From positions 368,934 through 432,933 of the forward strand of contig JAZLKX010000025.1 in the NCBI GenBank assembly GCA_045597865.1: DNA of 64,000 nt, given 5' to 3'. The stretch comes from Bacilli bacterium (GTDB lineage: Bacteria > Bacillota_I > Bacilli_A > RFN20 > CAG-826). A model generated the notes under the pieces. That model saw nothing but the letters and a program-made list of their open reading frames with translations. It did no database searches and was not told the origin of the DNA. The position numbers and the translations under genes were made by a program. This document shows positions 20,706 to 30,743 of this stretch, in pieces; the stretch's first letter is position 1; every line of letters starts with the position of its first letter.

Positions 20706-22118
20706 TTAGTTTGAAAAATATAATTTCCCTTTTGTTTTATTTCCGTTATCTTTAATTAACGATTTAGAAATTAAATAAATAATTACTTCTCTCATAGTTT
20801 TATTGTCGCACTCAAATTTTTCAGCTAAAGAAGAAAGAGAAATACCATTTGATGCTGAAATAACTGCTAAAACATCTTTAGCATTTAAACTATTGATGTT
20901 TATTAAATCTGTTCCATTAGTGAACAATTGAATCAATATTGATTCTGGTATATTTGATTCAGTAATTATTGGAAGCGGGAAATTATTTTCTTTGCAAATA
21001 TTTATAATATTTGGAATCCCGTATCCACTTCTTTGTGAAAACATAAGGAGTCTAAAGTAACGCATTATTTCTTTGTTTCTTGGATTTGTGTTACCACCAC
21101 TTATCATCGCTTCATAACCAATAAGTGATTTTCCAGAATTTTTTATTTCAATTCTATTATTTCCTTTTTTAACGATAAGACAATTAGTCATAAAAAAATC
21201 AATATTAGATATAGCATTAACAAGTGCTTCTTTTATTGCATCCTCAAATGGCTTAGCTGAAGTATCTACAACTCCTGTATTAGAAAATTTGTTAGGCACT
21301 CCAATTTTTAGTCTGTTAAAAACATTAATAAAAAAATCAAATAAGTTTCCACTCCAATTAAGGTCAATTGAAACAAGTCTATAATCCCACCTAGTTGTTT
21401 CTGTAAAATTCTCTTGATAATCAACAAAATAATTTGGAAATACTGATGTAATTGAAAGATTATTTGTAAAAAACAAAACACCAGCGTTTGTCAACAAATA
21501 TCTATTATTTTGATCTTTTTTAAGAATTCCAACTTTTTTGCAAAATTCCTCATTATCAAATTGAGAAAAAATATTATTTGGATTATTTGCATTAAAAATG
21601 TTTCTAAAAGCTTGAAGAGTTTCAATGTTTATATCATCAAAATTTAGTCCTTTGTTATTTATTTCGCTATCATTTGATGAATCTATTTTATCATTTAAAA
21701 ATGATATTAATTCTGACTGACTAATTTTATAATCACCTTCAAAATTTCTTTTATAAGAAAATAAAATATTATTATTTAAATAAAGTGGTTTAGAACCTCT
21801 ATCTAATTCAGGAACATGAACTTTAATAACTTTATTTTCAATAATTTCAATATCTTCATTTCTAATCAAATTAGACGAGACTTTTAAAGGATTATTTAAA
21901 TTATCAAAAATTTCTCTTTTTATTTTTTCAATATTATCAACTCCAGGAACATTTATAATATGTCCTTTTTGTTCTTCTACACCAAGATAAATATCTCCAC
22001 CACATGTATTTGCAAATGAAGAATATGTTTCAAAAAAAGACTTTGGTAATTCATTTTTACAAAGTTTAAATTCAATTCTCTCATTTTCGGTTAATTTTAA
22101 TAGTTCGTCTAAGTTCAT
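20706..22118 (-). CDS. AlbA_2 (Schlafen-like) + HATPase_c_4 (RecG C-terminal-like) + wHTH protein
   Basis: ENERIEFK, SSFANTCGGDIYLGV, EALVNA, PRN, RSGYGI, C-terminal winged helix. Confidence 0.8.
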   Translation of the reverse strand: MNLDELLKLTENERIEFKLCKNELPKSFFETYSSFANTCGGDIYLGVEEQKGHIINVPGVDNIEKIKREIFDNLNNPLKVSSNLIRNEDIEIIENKVIKVHVPELDRGSKPLYLNNNILFSYKRNFEGDYKISQSELISFLNDKIDSSNDSEINNKGLNFDDINIETLQAFRNIFNANNPNNIFSQFDNEEFCKKVGILKKDQNNRYLLTNAGVLFFTNNLSITSVFPNYFVDYQENFTETTRWDYRLVSIDLNWSGNLFDFFINVFNRLKIGVPNKFSNTGVVDTSAKPFEDAIKEALVNAISNIDFFMTNCLIVKKGNNRIEIKNSGKSLIGYEAMISGGNTNPRNKEIMRYFRLLMFSQRSGYGIPNIINICKENNFPLPIITESNIPESILIQLFTNGTDLININSLNAKDVLAVISASNGISLSSLAEKFECDNKTMREVIIYLISKSLIKDNGNKTKGKLYFSN

Positions 22119-22146
22119 TGGTTTTTCCTCGTATATCTATTTTATT

Positions 22147-22203
22147 AATTATTTAGGGAAATGCAACAATTATTTAGGGAAATGACCAATTTATTTAGGG
22201 AAA
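22147..22203. repeat. Three direct repeats TTATTTAGGGAAA, exact 21-bp period
   Basis: GGG cores at 22156, 22177 and 22198, directly upstream of the AlbA_2 gene. Confidence 0.85.
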
Positions 22204-22404
22204 AATTAAACATAAAAATCCCCAAATAAATAGTAGAACGGGTAAAAATACAGAAAAATAATGGCTTTTTTCTTACGATAAGACAAATTTGATTATTCAA
22301 TTTACACAATAATTTCAACAGGAACCAATATTATTCGAACTTAATCGCTATAAAAAGTTATCATCTCAAAAAAGGTTTGTTTTTAAATTGATTCTATATT
22401 ATTT

Positions 22405-23751
22405 TTAAGTATTTTTACTCAAAATAAAAGAAAGTGCGAAATGTGGTATGACAATCTTTCTTTCATTTATGCCAAAATTTCCATCAATAACCTTATAACC
22501 ATACGAATCAACATTATTTTTCAAAAAACGATTTAATGATGCACTAGCATTATTTGAAGCTTTTACCTCAATAGGAATAACTTTTCCATCTCTTTCAATT
22601 AAAAATTCAATTTCTTCGTTATCAGAAGGATGGTAATAAAATAAATTAAAATTTAATTTATAAAGAGTCTCACCAATAATGTTCTCATATATCCCACCTT
22701 TAACATTGCCAGTTAAAGTATTTGCCATTATTGCAATTTTACATTCCTTACCATATAAAGCAGTCAATAATCCTGTGTCATGAAAGTATAACTTAAATTG
22801 TTCAACCTTTTTTTCTCCAACAAGAGGAATATATGCCTCATGAACATTATAAGAAGGCAAAACTAAATTCGAATCAATTAACCATTGCACACTATCACCA
22901 TATTTTTTACTAGTTTGATTTTTTTCAACTACTGAATACTGAAATTTTTTTATTTCTTTTGATAGTTGTGCAGGAAGTGAATCAAAACATTTTCTAACTT
23001 TTATTTTTTCACTTCCAACTGCATGAAAGGCAATGTCTTCTTTATAGTTTTCAATTATTTTATTTTGCATATCAAAAGCATCATAGTAATTATGCCTTTC
23101 ATTGAATTTTAAAATCACTTCAGGCATTCCACCAATAACAATATATTCTCTAAACAAGTTTTGATATTTTTCTACTATACCTTTATCAATACTTTTTGCT
23201 TGAATAATCTCTTCTTTTAATAAGTTGATATTGTTTTTCAATAATCCTTGACTCCAAAGAAACTCCTCAAAATCTAATGAATAAAGATAATAAATACGCT
23301 CATAGCCTACAGGAAGCAAACTGCATTCATCAACTTCTTTGTCATCATTTTCACTATAAATTAATCCAAGTAAAGAACCTGATGTTATAACATCATACCT
23401 AAAATCTTGGGCCATAACTTTTAATGCAGTTCTAGCATTAGAACATTTTTGAATTTCATCAAGAAAAATTAATGTCTCACCATCTATAAAATTAACATCA
23501 GGAAAATATAAAACTAATTTTTTATAGATTTCTTCCTTATCCAAATTACCATTAAAAATAGCTTTTAAATCCGATCTATAAGCAAAATTAATTTCAATAA
23601 AAGATTTATATTCTTTTCTACCAAACATTTCCACTAAAGTTGTTTTGCCAACTTGTCTTGGACCCCTTAATGATAAACATTCAGTAATTTTGTTTTGGTT
23701 TCTATTTTTTTTCCAATTTAATAAATCGTTGTATGCTTTGCGTTCTAACAT
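22405..23751 (-). CDS. AAA+ ATPase (AAA_14) with DUF4143 and C-terminal PD-(D/E)xK-like domain
   Basis: MLERKA start with GGAGG RBS; GPRQVGKT, IFLDEIQ, SGSLLG, GGMPE, KLYFHDTG, EIEF...IEVKAS. Confidence 0.85.
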   Translation of the reverse strand: MLERKAYNDLLNWKKNRNQNKITECLSLRGPRQVGKTTLVEMFGRKEYKSFIEINFAYRSDLKAIFNGNLDKEEIYKKLVLYFPDVNFIDGETLIFLDEIQKCSNARTALKVMAQDFRYDVITSGSLLGLIYSENDDKEVDECSLLPVGYERIYYLYSLDFEEFLWSQGLLKNNINLLKEEIIQAKSIDKGIVEKYQNLFREYIVIGGMPEVILKFNERHNYYDAFDMQNKIIENYKEDIAFHAVGSEKIKVRKCFDSLPAQLSKEIKKFQYSVVEKNQTSKKYGDSVQWLIDSNLVLPSYNVHEAYIPLVGEKKVEQFKLYFHDTGLLTALYGKECKIAIMANTLTGNVKGGIYENIIGETLYKLNFNLFYYHPSDNEEIEFLIERDGKVIPIEVKASNNASASLNRFLKNNVDSYGYKVIDGNFGINERKIVIPHFALSFILSKNT

Positions 23752-23764
23752 AGTTAAATCCTCC

Positions 23765-23882
23765 AAAAGGAATAAAATCGCAACTAAATTATGCTATAAA
23801 AGGAATAAAATCGCAACTAGAACTGATAAAAAAGGAATAAAATCGCAACTTAAATTAACGCAAAAAGGAATAAAATCGCAAC
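23765..23882. repeat. Four identical 20-bp direct repeats, periods 33/32/33 bp
   Basis: AAAAGGAATAAAATCGCAAC at 23765, 23798, 23830 and 23863; 12-13-nt non-identical spacers; abuts the RBS. Confidence 0.95.
23788..23816 (-). promoter_or_regulatory. Sigma70-type promoter embedded in the repeat array
   Basis: Minus strand TTGCGA-N17-CATAAT; the -35 lies inside repeat 2 and the -10 in spacer 1. Confidence 0.55.
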
Positions 23883-23892
23883 AAAATTAAAC

Positions 23893-25188
23893 TTACAAAA
23901 TATCAGTCCACTTGCTTTCGCCCCATTCGGCAACAAGTTCAAATGAATCATCATCAATACTCCAAGTGCCGCTTGAAGGAATAACTTCGCCATTATATTT
24001 CCAGCAACCGAAGAAATATTCTTCATGAACTGGTGTTTCTAAAACATATGGTTGATCGAATGTAACTGAAATAATATTTTTGTTAATAACACCACCATTT
24101 GGGTCTAATGTTATTGTGTATGTTTTTGCTACTAAAGTAGCATTTACAGTCATATTCTTTAAAATATTTGTAAAATCATCAACATCCCAAGAAACTATAT
24201 AACCAGTCTTTTCTTTAGGAGTAGGAATATCGGTTAATGTTTGTCCTCTTGAAACTGTTTTTGAAATAGTTGTTCCATCCCAATTTATAAAAGTAATCAC
24301 TGGTTTTTCGGTTTCAACCCACTTAGCAATTAATGTAACATTATCTGCAACATTCCAAATTGATTCGTCTGTATAGATTACACCATCGTATTCCCAACCA
24401 ATAAAATCAGCATTATCTTTACTTAATGTCATGTCAAGTCCTATACAAGGACTATCGTATGTTAAGGAAATTGTTGTTTCATCAATATCAAAACCATCAG
24501 CATCATATGTAACAACATATGAATTTGCGGTGCAAACTGCATGGACAGTTATATCTTCATTTAAATTTGTGAAATCTGTTCTGTCCCAACTAACAGTATA
24601 GCCAGTCTTTTTAGATGGCTCTGGAATATCAGTTAATGTTGCACCTTTAAATACGTTTTTAATAACTGAAGATTCGTCTATATCTATAAATGTAACAGTA
24701 ACTTTTTCAGCTTCTTCAAATTTAGCAGTTAATGTGACATTGCTTGCAACATTCCAAATTGATTTATTTGTGTATATAACATCGTTATATTCCCAACCAA
24801 TGAATGTTGCATATTCTTTTTCAACAGACATATTAAGATTTGAACATTCAGAATCGTAAGTAACTTCAGCAGTTGTACCATCAACGCTACATCCTGGCGC
24901 ACAATAAGTAACTGTATATGTGTTTGCGTTTGCGATAGCGTACACCAACATATCTTGTGAAATGTTTGTGAAATTAGATCTATTCCAAATAACTGTATAA
25001 CCAGTTTTTGAATTTGGAGTAGGAATATCCGTTAAATTTTCGCCTTCTTTAACTGTTCTAATAACGTCATCAAAACCAGTTTGTTTAAATGTTATTGTGT
25101 ATGTTGCTTTCTCTTTAGAACCACAGGATGCTAAAACAACACCAGAAAACAAAAGTGGTAAAAGAATAATTAATTTTCTATTTTTCAT
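23893..25188 (-). CDS. Lipoprotein made of InlB-B/Flg_new-like repeats
   Basis: Lipobox LASC; three ~133-aa units (LTDIP.P..KTGY.V.W; F.GW.Y); start overlaps the upstream stop (ATGA). Confidence 0.75.
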   Translation of the reverse strand: MKNRKLIILLPLLFSGVVLASCGSKEKATYTITFKQTGFDDVIRTVKEGENLTDIPTPNSKTGYTVIWNRSNFTNISQDMLVYAIANANTYTVTYCAPGCSVDGTTAEVTYDSECSNLNMSVEKEYATFIGWEYNDVIYTNKSIWNVASNVTLTAKFEEAEKVTVTFIDIDESSVIKNVFKGATLTDIPEPSKKTGYTVSWDRTDFTNLNEDITVHAVCTANSYVVTYDADGFDIDETTISLTYDSPCIGLDMTLSKDNADFIGWEYDGVIYTDESIWNVADNVTLIAKWVETEKPVITFINWDGTTISKTVSRGQTLTDIPTPKEKTGYIVSWDVDDFTNILKNMTVNATLVAKTYTITLDPNGGVINKNIISVTFDQPYVLETPVHEEYFFGCWKYNGEVIPSSGTWSIDDDSFELVAEWGESKWTDIL

Positions 25189-28100
25189 TTTATTTCTCCA
25201 TTGTGTTTGTCTACACACCAAGGTTCACCATTCTTAAATATAACTGTATAGTATGGGTAATTTTCATATAAAGTTACTGCTGGTAAAGTATATACTTTAC
25301 AATACACTTTTCCAGTTTCATCTTTTAACTCTTGATATTTTTCAACATGAGTATGACCTTCAAATACAGTCATTGGTAAATTGTAACCTTTTAATTCATT
25401 CAAAAGTTTTGTTTTAGAAGTTACATCAATATCTTGTAATGCAATATGGCTAATCCAAACAATTCCTTCAACAGAGCTATCCATTTGATTATTAACTTGA
25501 TTCTTTAACCAAGCAATTTCTTTATCAGGAATGCCAAATTCAGTACATGGAAGAATATCTGCTGGATCATCAGAACCTGTTCTTGTAAATAAAGCATCCA
25601 CAGCGACAAACATTAAGCTGTCACGTTTAAATACTCCACATGTTCCAATTCCTTCCTCAAATGGTACAAAATCAGTAAATTCTGACTTATTTGTATAAGC
25701 CACTTCGTGGTTACCGAGTAAGTTGTACATCATTCTAGTGCCTTCAACGTATCCAGAAGCGGTAGAATTGTAAATATTTAAACCAGCTTCTTTCATTACA
25801 CCCATGACATCTAAATAATTGTTCAATGAACCAACCATTGAGTTAACATCATCGCCTAGTGCAACATAAAACTTAGAATCTAAAGTTTCATTAAATATTT
25901 GTCTTAATTTTGCAAGTGACTTTGTGCAATAGAATCCACCATAATCATTTAAATCATGATGAATATCAGACATAATTGTTGCTTTATTATATAAAGATGG
26001 TTTTGCAAGCATTTCGTTTTCATTTAAATATGAATGTGAAACTTCAAATGCATTATTATCTTTTAACTTAATTAAAGTTCCGCCTAAAATTGATGAATTA
26101 TAATAATCATAAATACCAGTTTTAGTTCCATAAGTATAACGAATACCATTATATAAAATTGAGAAGTTATTAACGTGGTCGTGTCCTGCGAAAACACCAT
26201 CAATATTTGCTAATTTAAACGTTGCTTCTAATGAGGTGTTGAAAAGTGACATATTTTCGTTTTTCTGACCAAAATCCCCGTCAATTCCTGAATTATCTAG
26301 GTTAAATTTCTCATCAGCAGCGTAACCATATTTATTCATATATGCGTTCTTAAAATCTACAGATGGAATATGGAAACACGCAAATCCAGGTACTGCTTTT
26401 TCATATGCATCATTAACAGACAAAGAAACATTTTTAATCCAATTAATTTGATCATTTGCGAGTCCTGGGCCTTCTAGACAGCCTTTGCTATCAAGCATAT
26501 AAATTACACGTCTAATTACACCACTATCATCAATAAGTCCGATTGAGTAGTTTCCATTACCAGAAAGATTACCCTTCTTAAACAAGCAATTTTGAGCATT
26601 TTCAAATTGTTCACATTGCCAATTAACACCCATCTTAGACTCATTGTCGTGGTTACCAAAAACTGGTGCCCAAGGAACATTTAGTGATTCCATGAAATTT
26701 ATAATTTCAGTCAAGATAATTCCCGAATCATCAAATTCACCATAAACAATGTCTCCAGTGAAAAGAATTAAATCTGGATTTTCTTTATCAACAAGTTCTT
26801 TTACATGGGTTAAGCAGTTTTTATCTAAAGTGCCTCTAGACCACATATCTGTTGCAATAGGATTCAAACGATCTTCGCTTCTCTTTTGTGAGGAATCAAT
26901 AATTTGAGTATCGGTAATTTGAAGAATTCTCATCTCTCTATTACTTGGTATTTCAACCATGAAATCAACTAAAGTTGATGCTTTTGCCATTGGAGAAAGT
27001 TTAAATTTAAGCATTGATTTGCCCCCCGAAACATCCAAATCGTAATCAACTAATTTGTTTGGAACACCACCAACATTCACAATAATTTGTGAACCATCAG
27101 TAATCTTTTTATTATTAATTAAAACGTTCTTAATAACTGAAGAACCAGAGACTTGATATTCACCAGTGCTTTCATTATATGAAAGAATGTATGGAGATTC
27201 ATAACCAACACATGGGTTTTCTATTTCAATACTATCTTCACTAGTTACAAGAGAAAGAGTTTCATCAAAGTAATCATCTAAAGCTAAACTTGGAGCACTG
27301 CCAATGTCATAATTAGAATAAGCACGTTTTGCTACTTCATAAACGGATCTAGAATGACTTGTAATCTCATTATCAGCAAATACAATGCATTCATCTAATC
27401 CATCAGTAACTTTTAAGTAGCCAATGCCGATGTACTCATCGGCGCGTTTTGAAGAGTCAATACCATCTAATTGACCAAAATATCTATAAAAACCATCTGT
27501 TTCTGCGGTTAAACTATTAACAAAACTAGAATTAACAACCTTTCTATAATCACCGGATGGAGTTTTAACAAAATCATTAAAATCATTGAGACCTATGGAT
27601 GATTTTGAAACAATAAATGTTCCAGTTTCAATATTAGAAACTCCAAAAGTCTTAACTAAATAATCATAATTATCCTTACTAATTTTTGACTCAAATCTCA
27701 TATTAGAAGGATCTGTCATTTTAATTGCTGCACCACTTGTTGTTTCAAAACCAAGTAATGTTGTAATAACTTCAGTGTCACTATTAACTGTTAGGCTATC
27801 ATTTTCTTTGTAAATCTTATCGCCAACTTTAAATGACACTAATTTTTTATCTAAATTATTTTCACTAAATAAATTAGCATAATATTGTTCATTAAGAACA
27901 ACTTTATCTTTTTTCTTACAATATTCTACCTTTTTAACGCCATTTATAATGTGTGTTAGTTTAAAGCTTTCAGCCCACAATCCATCAAACACTGAGAAAT
28001 GTGTTTCAGGTAATAGGGATGTAAAAAATTCGCATGATTCAACAACTAGTTCATTGTATGAATCCATATTTGGAGCATAAACCCACAAGAATGATGAGCC

Positions 28101-30722
28101 ATAATACATGACTTCAGCACCACTAATATCTTTTAACGCGGTTCCATCAAGTTTGATTTTGCTTCCAATTGGCTCTGAAACAAGATTAACTTCTTTCATT
28201 CCACCTTTATCTTCATTAGGAACATTTGAAAGCTTCTTAGAATATGAAAGCAAAACACCATTCTTACCTTCATAAACGTCTCTTCCGGTATTGTTCCATA
28301 AAATAGAAGAGAAGTTCACTGCTTCAGGTTCTTTATAAAGTGCCCATTGTCCATTTCTTAAAACAAACTTAACGTAATCTAAAACTTTGCTTTCAAAATG
28401 AGTGCCTTCTAAAACTTCTAAAGTAATTTCACCAGTTAGCGAATTCTGATATTCTTGAGGAATTTGTATCTTTAGATACACAGTTCCATGAGCATAGTCA
28501 ATAACAACGCCAGGAATTTCGCTTAATTTAACACCACTAAGTAAGATTCCTTCACCAGTAGTAGAAACAACATCAACTGAATTTGCAGCTGTTCCTAAAT
28601 TTACATCGTATCTTAATAAGTTGTGATAAACTTTTTTACCACCACTAATATCAATTAACTTATTGTTATTTTCATCATTTGCAATTCCTAAACAATTTGC
28701 AATTTCTTCAACAGGAACGTATGTTGTAGTCCAACTTCCGTTTCTAAAATAGAATTCAATTGAAGGAAGAACTGAATCAAAGAATTCACACTCTTCAATG
28801 GTTAAAACTCCAGCTTCTGTCATACTTGGATCATAGATAAATAAATAACTTGTTGAGAAATATGCAACAATTGCGTTTTCTAATTGAGATACCTTCGTAT
28901 CACCAATAAAGATATGCTCACCAAAAACACGAGCATAATTAACTTCTTGAACCGCACCATCAATCTCAGTTTGAATTGCAGATAGGTTTTTATCAAAATC
29001 AATAAGTATTCCGTTTTTGCCTTCATAAACACCATAACCAATGTTGTTCCAAATAATACCTCGATATGAAACTGGTGTTTTTGCAGTCTTTTCAGTAGTC
29101 CATAAGCTTGAACTATTTGCATATAATTTCACTTCTGGAAGAGTAGAATCAAGAAGATGTAAACCATTTTCAATTTCTAGAGTTCTATAAGAAATCATAT
29201 TATCTGCGTAAATAAATAAATAATTTACTTGATAATATGAAACTAATGCACCTGGTAAATCAGATAAATTAACACCACCTAAATGGATTTGATTGCCAAC
29301 AAGCGAAACGAGGTTTGTTGATTTAACGTTTCCATTAAGTTCATACGCAACATTTGATAAACTCTCGCTAAAGTTAATTAAAATACCTTTTTTACCACCA
29401 TAAAAGTCATAATCCATATTGTTCCATTCAACTTTTACATAGTCTACAGGAGAATATTCCATTGGTTTTAAGCACCATAAATCAGTGCCATTGAACGACA
29501 AATTAACTTCAGGAAGTGATGAATCTAAGAATTTTGCACCACTTTCAATTCTTAAAGTTCTATACATTGACATGTCATCAGCATAAATAAATATGTAGTT
29601 TTGAGCGTGATAAGCAATAAAAGCTCCAGGAAGTGATGAAAGTTTTACTCCGCCAAGATAAATATGATTTCCAACAGTTAAATATAAATTGTTATCTGCT
29701 TTGAGTTCAGGATCAAATTTACTATCATATCTAATTCCGCCATTATACTCAAAAGAACTATCTGAAAGATTTTTATCAAAGCTAAGAAGTATTCCTTTTC
29801 TTCCATGGTAGAAATCATAGTCTAAATTATTCCAAGTAATTGCACTAAAAGTAGGTGAATTATAAGTTTTTTCGCTAGTGTTCCATTTAGAACTTGCATC
29901 ATAAGACAACTTAACTTCAGGAAGAGATGCATCTAAAAATATCGTTCCTTCTTCAATTTTTAAAGTTCTATAAGCTGCCATACAATCAGCATAAACAAAC
30001 ATTAAATTTAGTTGATAGTAAGACACTAAGGCGCCTGGTAAATCAGATAATTTAGCTTCACCCAACATAATATGTTTTCCAACTGTTGAAGCAAAATTAG
30101 TAGATCTTATTCCACCGTTATATTCGGTTGATTTATTAGATAAATTACCACTAAATTCTAATAAAAGACCCTTTTTGCCACCATAAAAATCATAATCTAT
30201 TTCATTCCATTTAATACTAACAAAGTCGACAGGATTAATTTTTTGCCATTTGTTATTACTTAAAGTGAAACGGACATTATCTAAAAAGTAATTTTCAAAT
30301 TTAGTTCCGCTAATAACTTCTAAGGTAGGATTATCGCCTAAAGAGTCTTGGTATTCTTGAGGAATTTGTACTTTTAAATATTTAGTGCCATGAGCGTAAT
30401 CTACAATAGCGCCTGGAATCTCACTTAATTTAACTCCAGAAAGCAAAATACCTTGACCAGTAGTTGAAACAACATTTACTGTGTTTTCTTTATCACCTAA
30501 GTCAACATCATACTTTAATAAAGTATGATAAACATTTTTTCCACCAGTAGTAATAAGCTTGTTGTTATTTTCATCATTTGCTATTCCTACGCAAGTTGCA
30601 ACAGGTTCTTCAGCAGTAACTTCAGATGAACCTTTTGAAGGCAACTTTAAAGTAACTAAAATAGAAAACATCAAAACAATAGATGGAAATATCGAATATT
30701 TAAGTCTTCTTCTAGCAAACAT
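25185..30722 (-). CDS. Giant secreted protein: 7 WNN-type repeats, linker module, two metallophosphoesterase domains
   Basis: Domain 1: ITDTQ, FTGD, GNHD, FHIP, GHDH. Domain 2: SDIHH, LGDD, GNHE, SHI, GHTH. Confidence 0.8.
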   Translation of the reverse strand: MFARRRLKYSIFPSIVLMFSILVTLKLPSKGSSEVTAEEPVATCVGIANDENNNKLITTGGKNVYHTLLKYDVDLGDKENTVNVVSTTGQGILLSGVKLSEIPGAIVDYAHGTKYLKVQIPQEYQDSLGDNPTLEVISGTKFENYFLDNVRFTLSNNKWQKINPVDFVSIKWNEIDYDFYGGKKGLLLEFSGNLSNKSTEYNGGIRSTNFASTVGKHIMLGEAKLSDLPGALVSYYQLNLMFVYADCMAAYRTLKIEEGTIFLDASLPEVKLSYDASSKWNTSEKTYNSPTFSAITWNNLDYDFYHGRKGILLSFDKNLSDSSFEYNGGIRYDSKFDPELKADNNLYLTVGNHIYLGGVKLSSLPGAFIAYHAQNYIFIYADDMSMYRTLRIESGAKFLDSSLPEVNLSFNGTDLWCLKPMEYSPVDYVKVEWNNMDYDFYGGKKGILINFSESLSNVAYELNGNVKSTNLVSLVGNQIHLGGVNLSDLPGALVSYYQVNYLFIYADNMISYRTLEIENGLHLLDSTLPEVKLYANSSSLWTTEKTAKTPVSYRGIIWNNIGYGVYEGKNGILIDFDKNLSAIQTEIDGAVQEVNYARVFGEHIFIGDTKVSQLENAIVAYFSTSYLFIYDPSMTEAGVLTIEECEFFDSVLPSIEFYFRNGSWTTTYVPVEEIANCLGIANDENNNKLIDISGGKKVYHNLLRYDVNLGTAANSVDVVSTTGEGILLSGVKLSEIPGVVIDYAHGTVYLKIQIPQEYQNSLTGEITLEVLEGTHFESKVLDYVKFVLRNGQWALYKEPEAVNFSSILWNNTGRDVYEGKNGVLLSYSKKLSNVPNEDKGGMKEVNLVSEPIGSKIKLDGTALKDISGAEVMYYGSSFLWVYAPNMDSYNELVVESCEFFTSLLPETHFSVFDGLWAESFKLTHIINGVKKVEYCKKKDKVVLNEQYYANLFSENNLDKKLVSFKVGDKIYKENDSLTVNSDTEVITTLLGFETTSGAAIKMTDPSNMRFESKISKDNYDYLVKTFGVSNIETGTFIVSKSSIGLNDFNDFVKTPSGDYRKVVNSSFVNSLTAETDGFYRYFGQLDGIDSSKRADEYIGIGYLKVTDGLDECIVFADNEITSHSRSVYEVAKRAYSNYDIGSAPSLALDDYFDETLSLVTSEDSIEIENPCVGYESPYILSYNESTGEYQVSGSSVIKNVLINNKKITDGSQIIVNVGGVPNKLVDYDLDVSGGKSMLKFKLSPMAKASTLVDFMVEIPSNREMRILQITDTQIIDSSQKRSEDRLNPIATDMWSRGTLDKNCLTHVKELVDKENPDLILFTGDIVYGEFDDSGIILTEIINFMESLNVPWAPVFGNHDNESKMGVNWQCEQFENAQNCLFKKGNLSGNGNYSIGLIDDSGVIRRVIYMLDSKGCLEGPGLANDQINWIKNVSLSVNDAYEKAVPGFACFHIPSVDFKNAYMNKYGYAADEKFNLDNSGIDGDFGQKNENMSLFNTSLEATFKLANIDGVFAGHDHVNNFSILYNGIRYTYGTKTGIYDYYNSSILGGTLIKLKDNNAFEVSHSYLNENEMLAKPSLYNKATIMSDIHHDLNDYGGFYCTKSLAKLRQIFNETLDSKFYVALGDDVNSMVGSLNNYLDVMGVMKEAGLNIYNSTASGYVEGTRMMYNLLGNHEVAYTNKSEFTDFVPFEEGIGTCGVFKRDSLMFVAVDALFTRTGSDDPADILPCTEFGIPDKEIAWLKNQVNNQMDSSVEGIVWISHIALQDIDVTSKTKLLNELKGYNLPMTVFEGHTHVEKYQELKDETGKVYCKVYTLPAVTLYENYPYYTVIFKNGEPWCVDKHNGEIK

Positions 30723-30743
30723 ATCAATTCCTCTTTTTAAATT

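Noticed and set aside
23765-23882. CRISPR array
   Set aside because: 20-bp non-palindromic repeats with 12-13-nt spacers are too short, there are no cas genes in the window, and the array overlaps a promoter in helical phase
23645-23890. 81-aa plus-strand ORF with repeated KRNKIAT
   Set aside because: It is a translation of the DNA repeat array, antisense to a real gene
19274-23890. Defined mobile element (IS/ICE/prophage) carrying the AAA cassette
   Set aside because: No integrase or transposase, terminal repeats or target-site duplication recognisable
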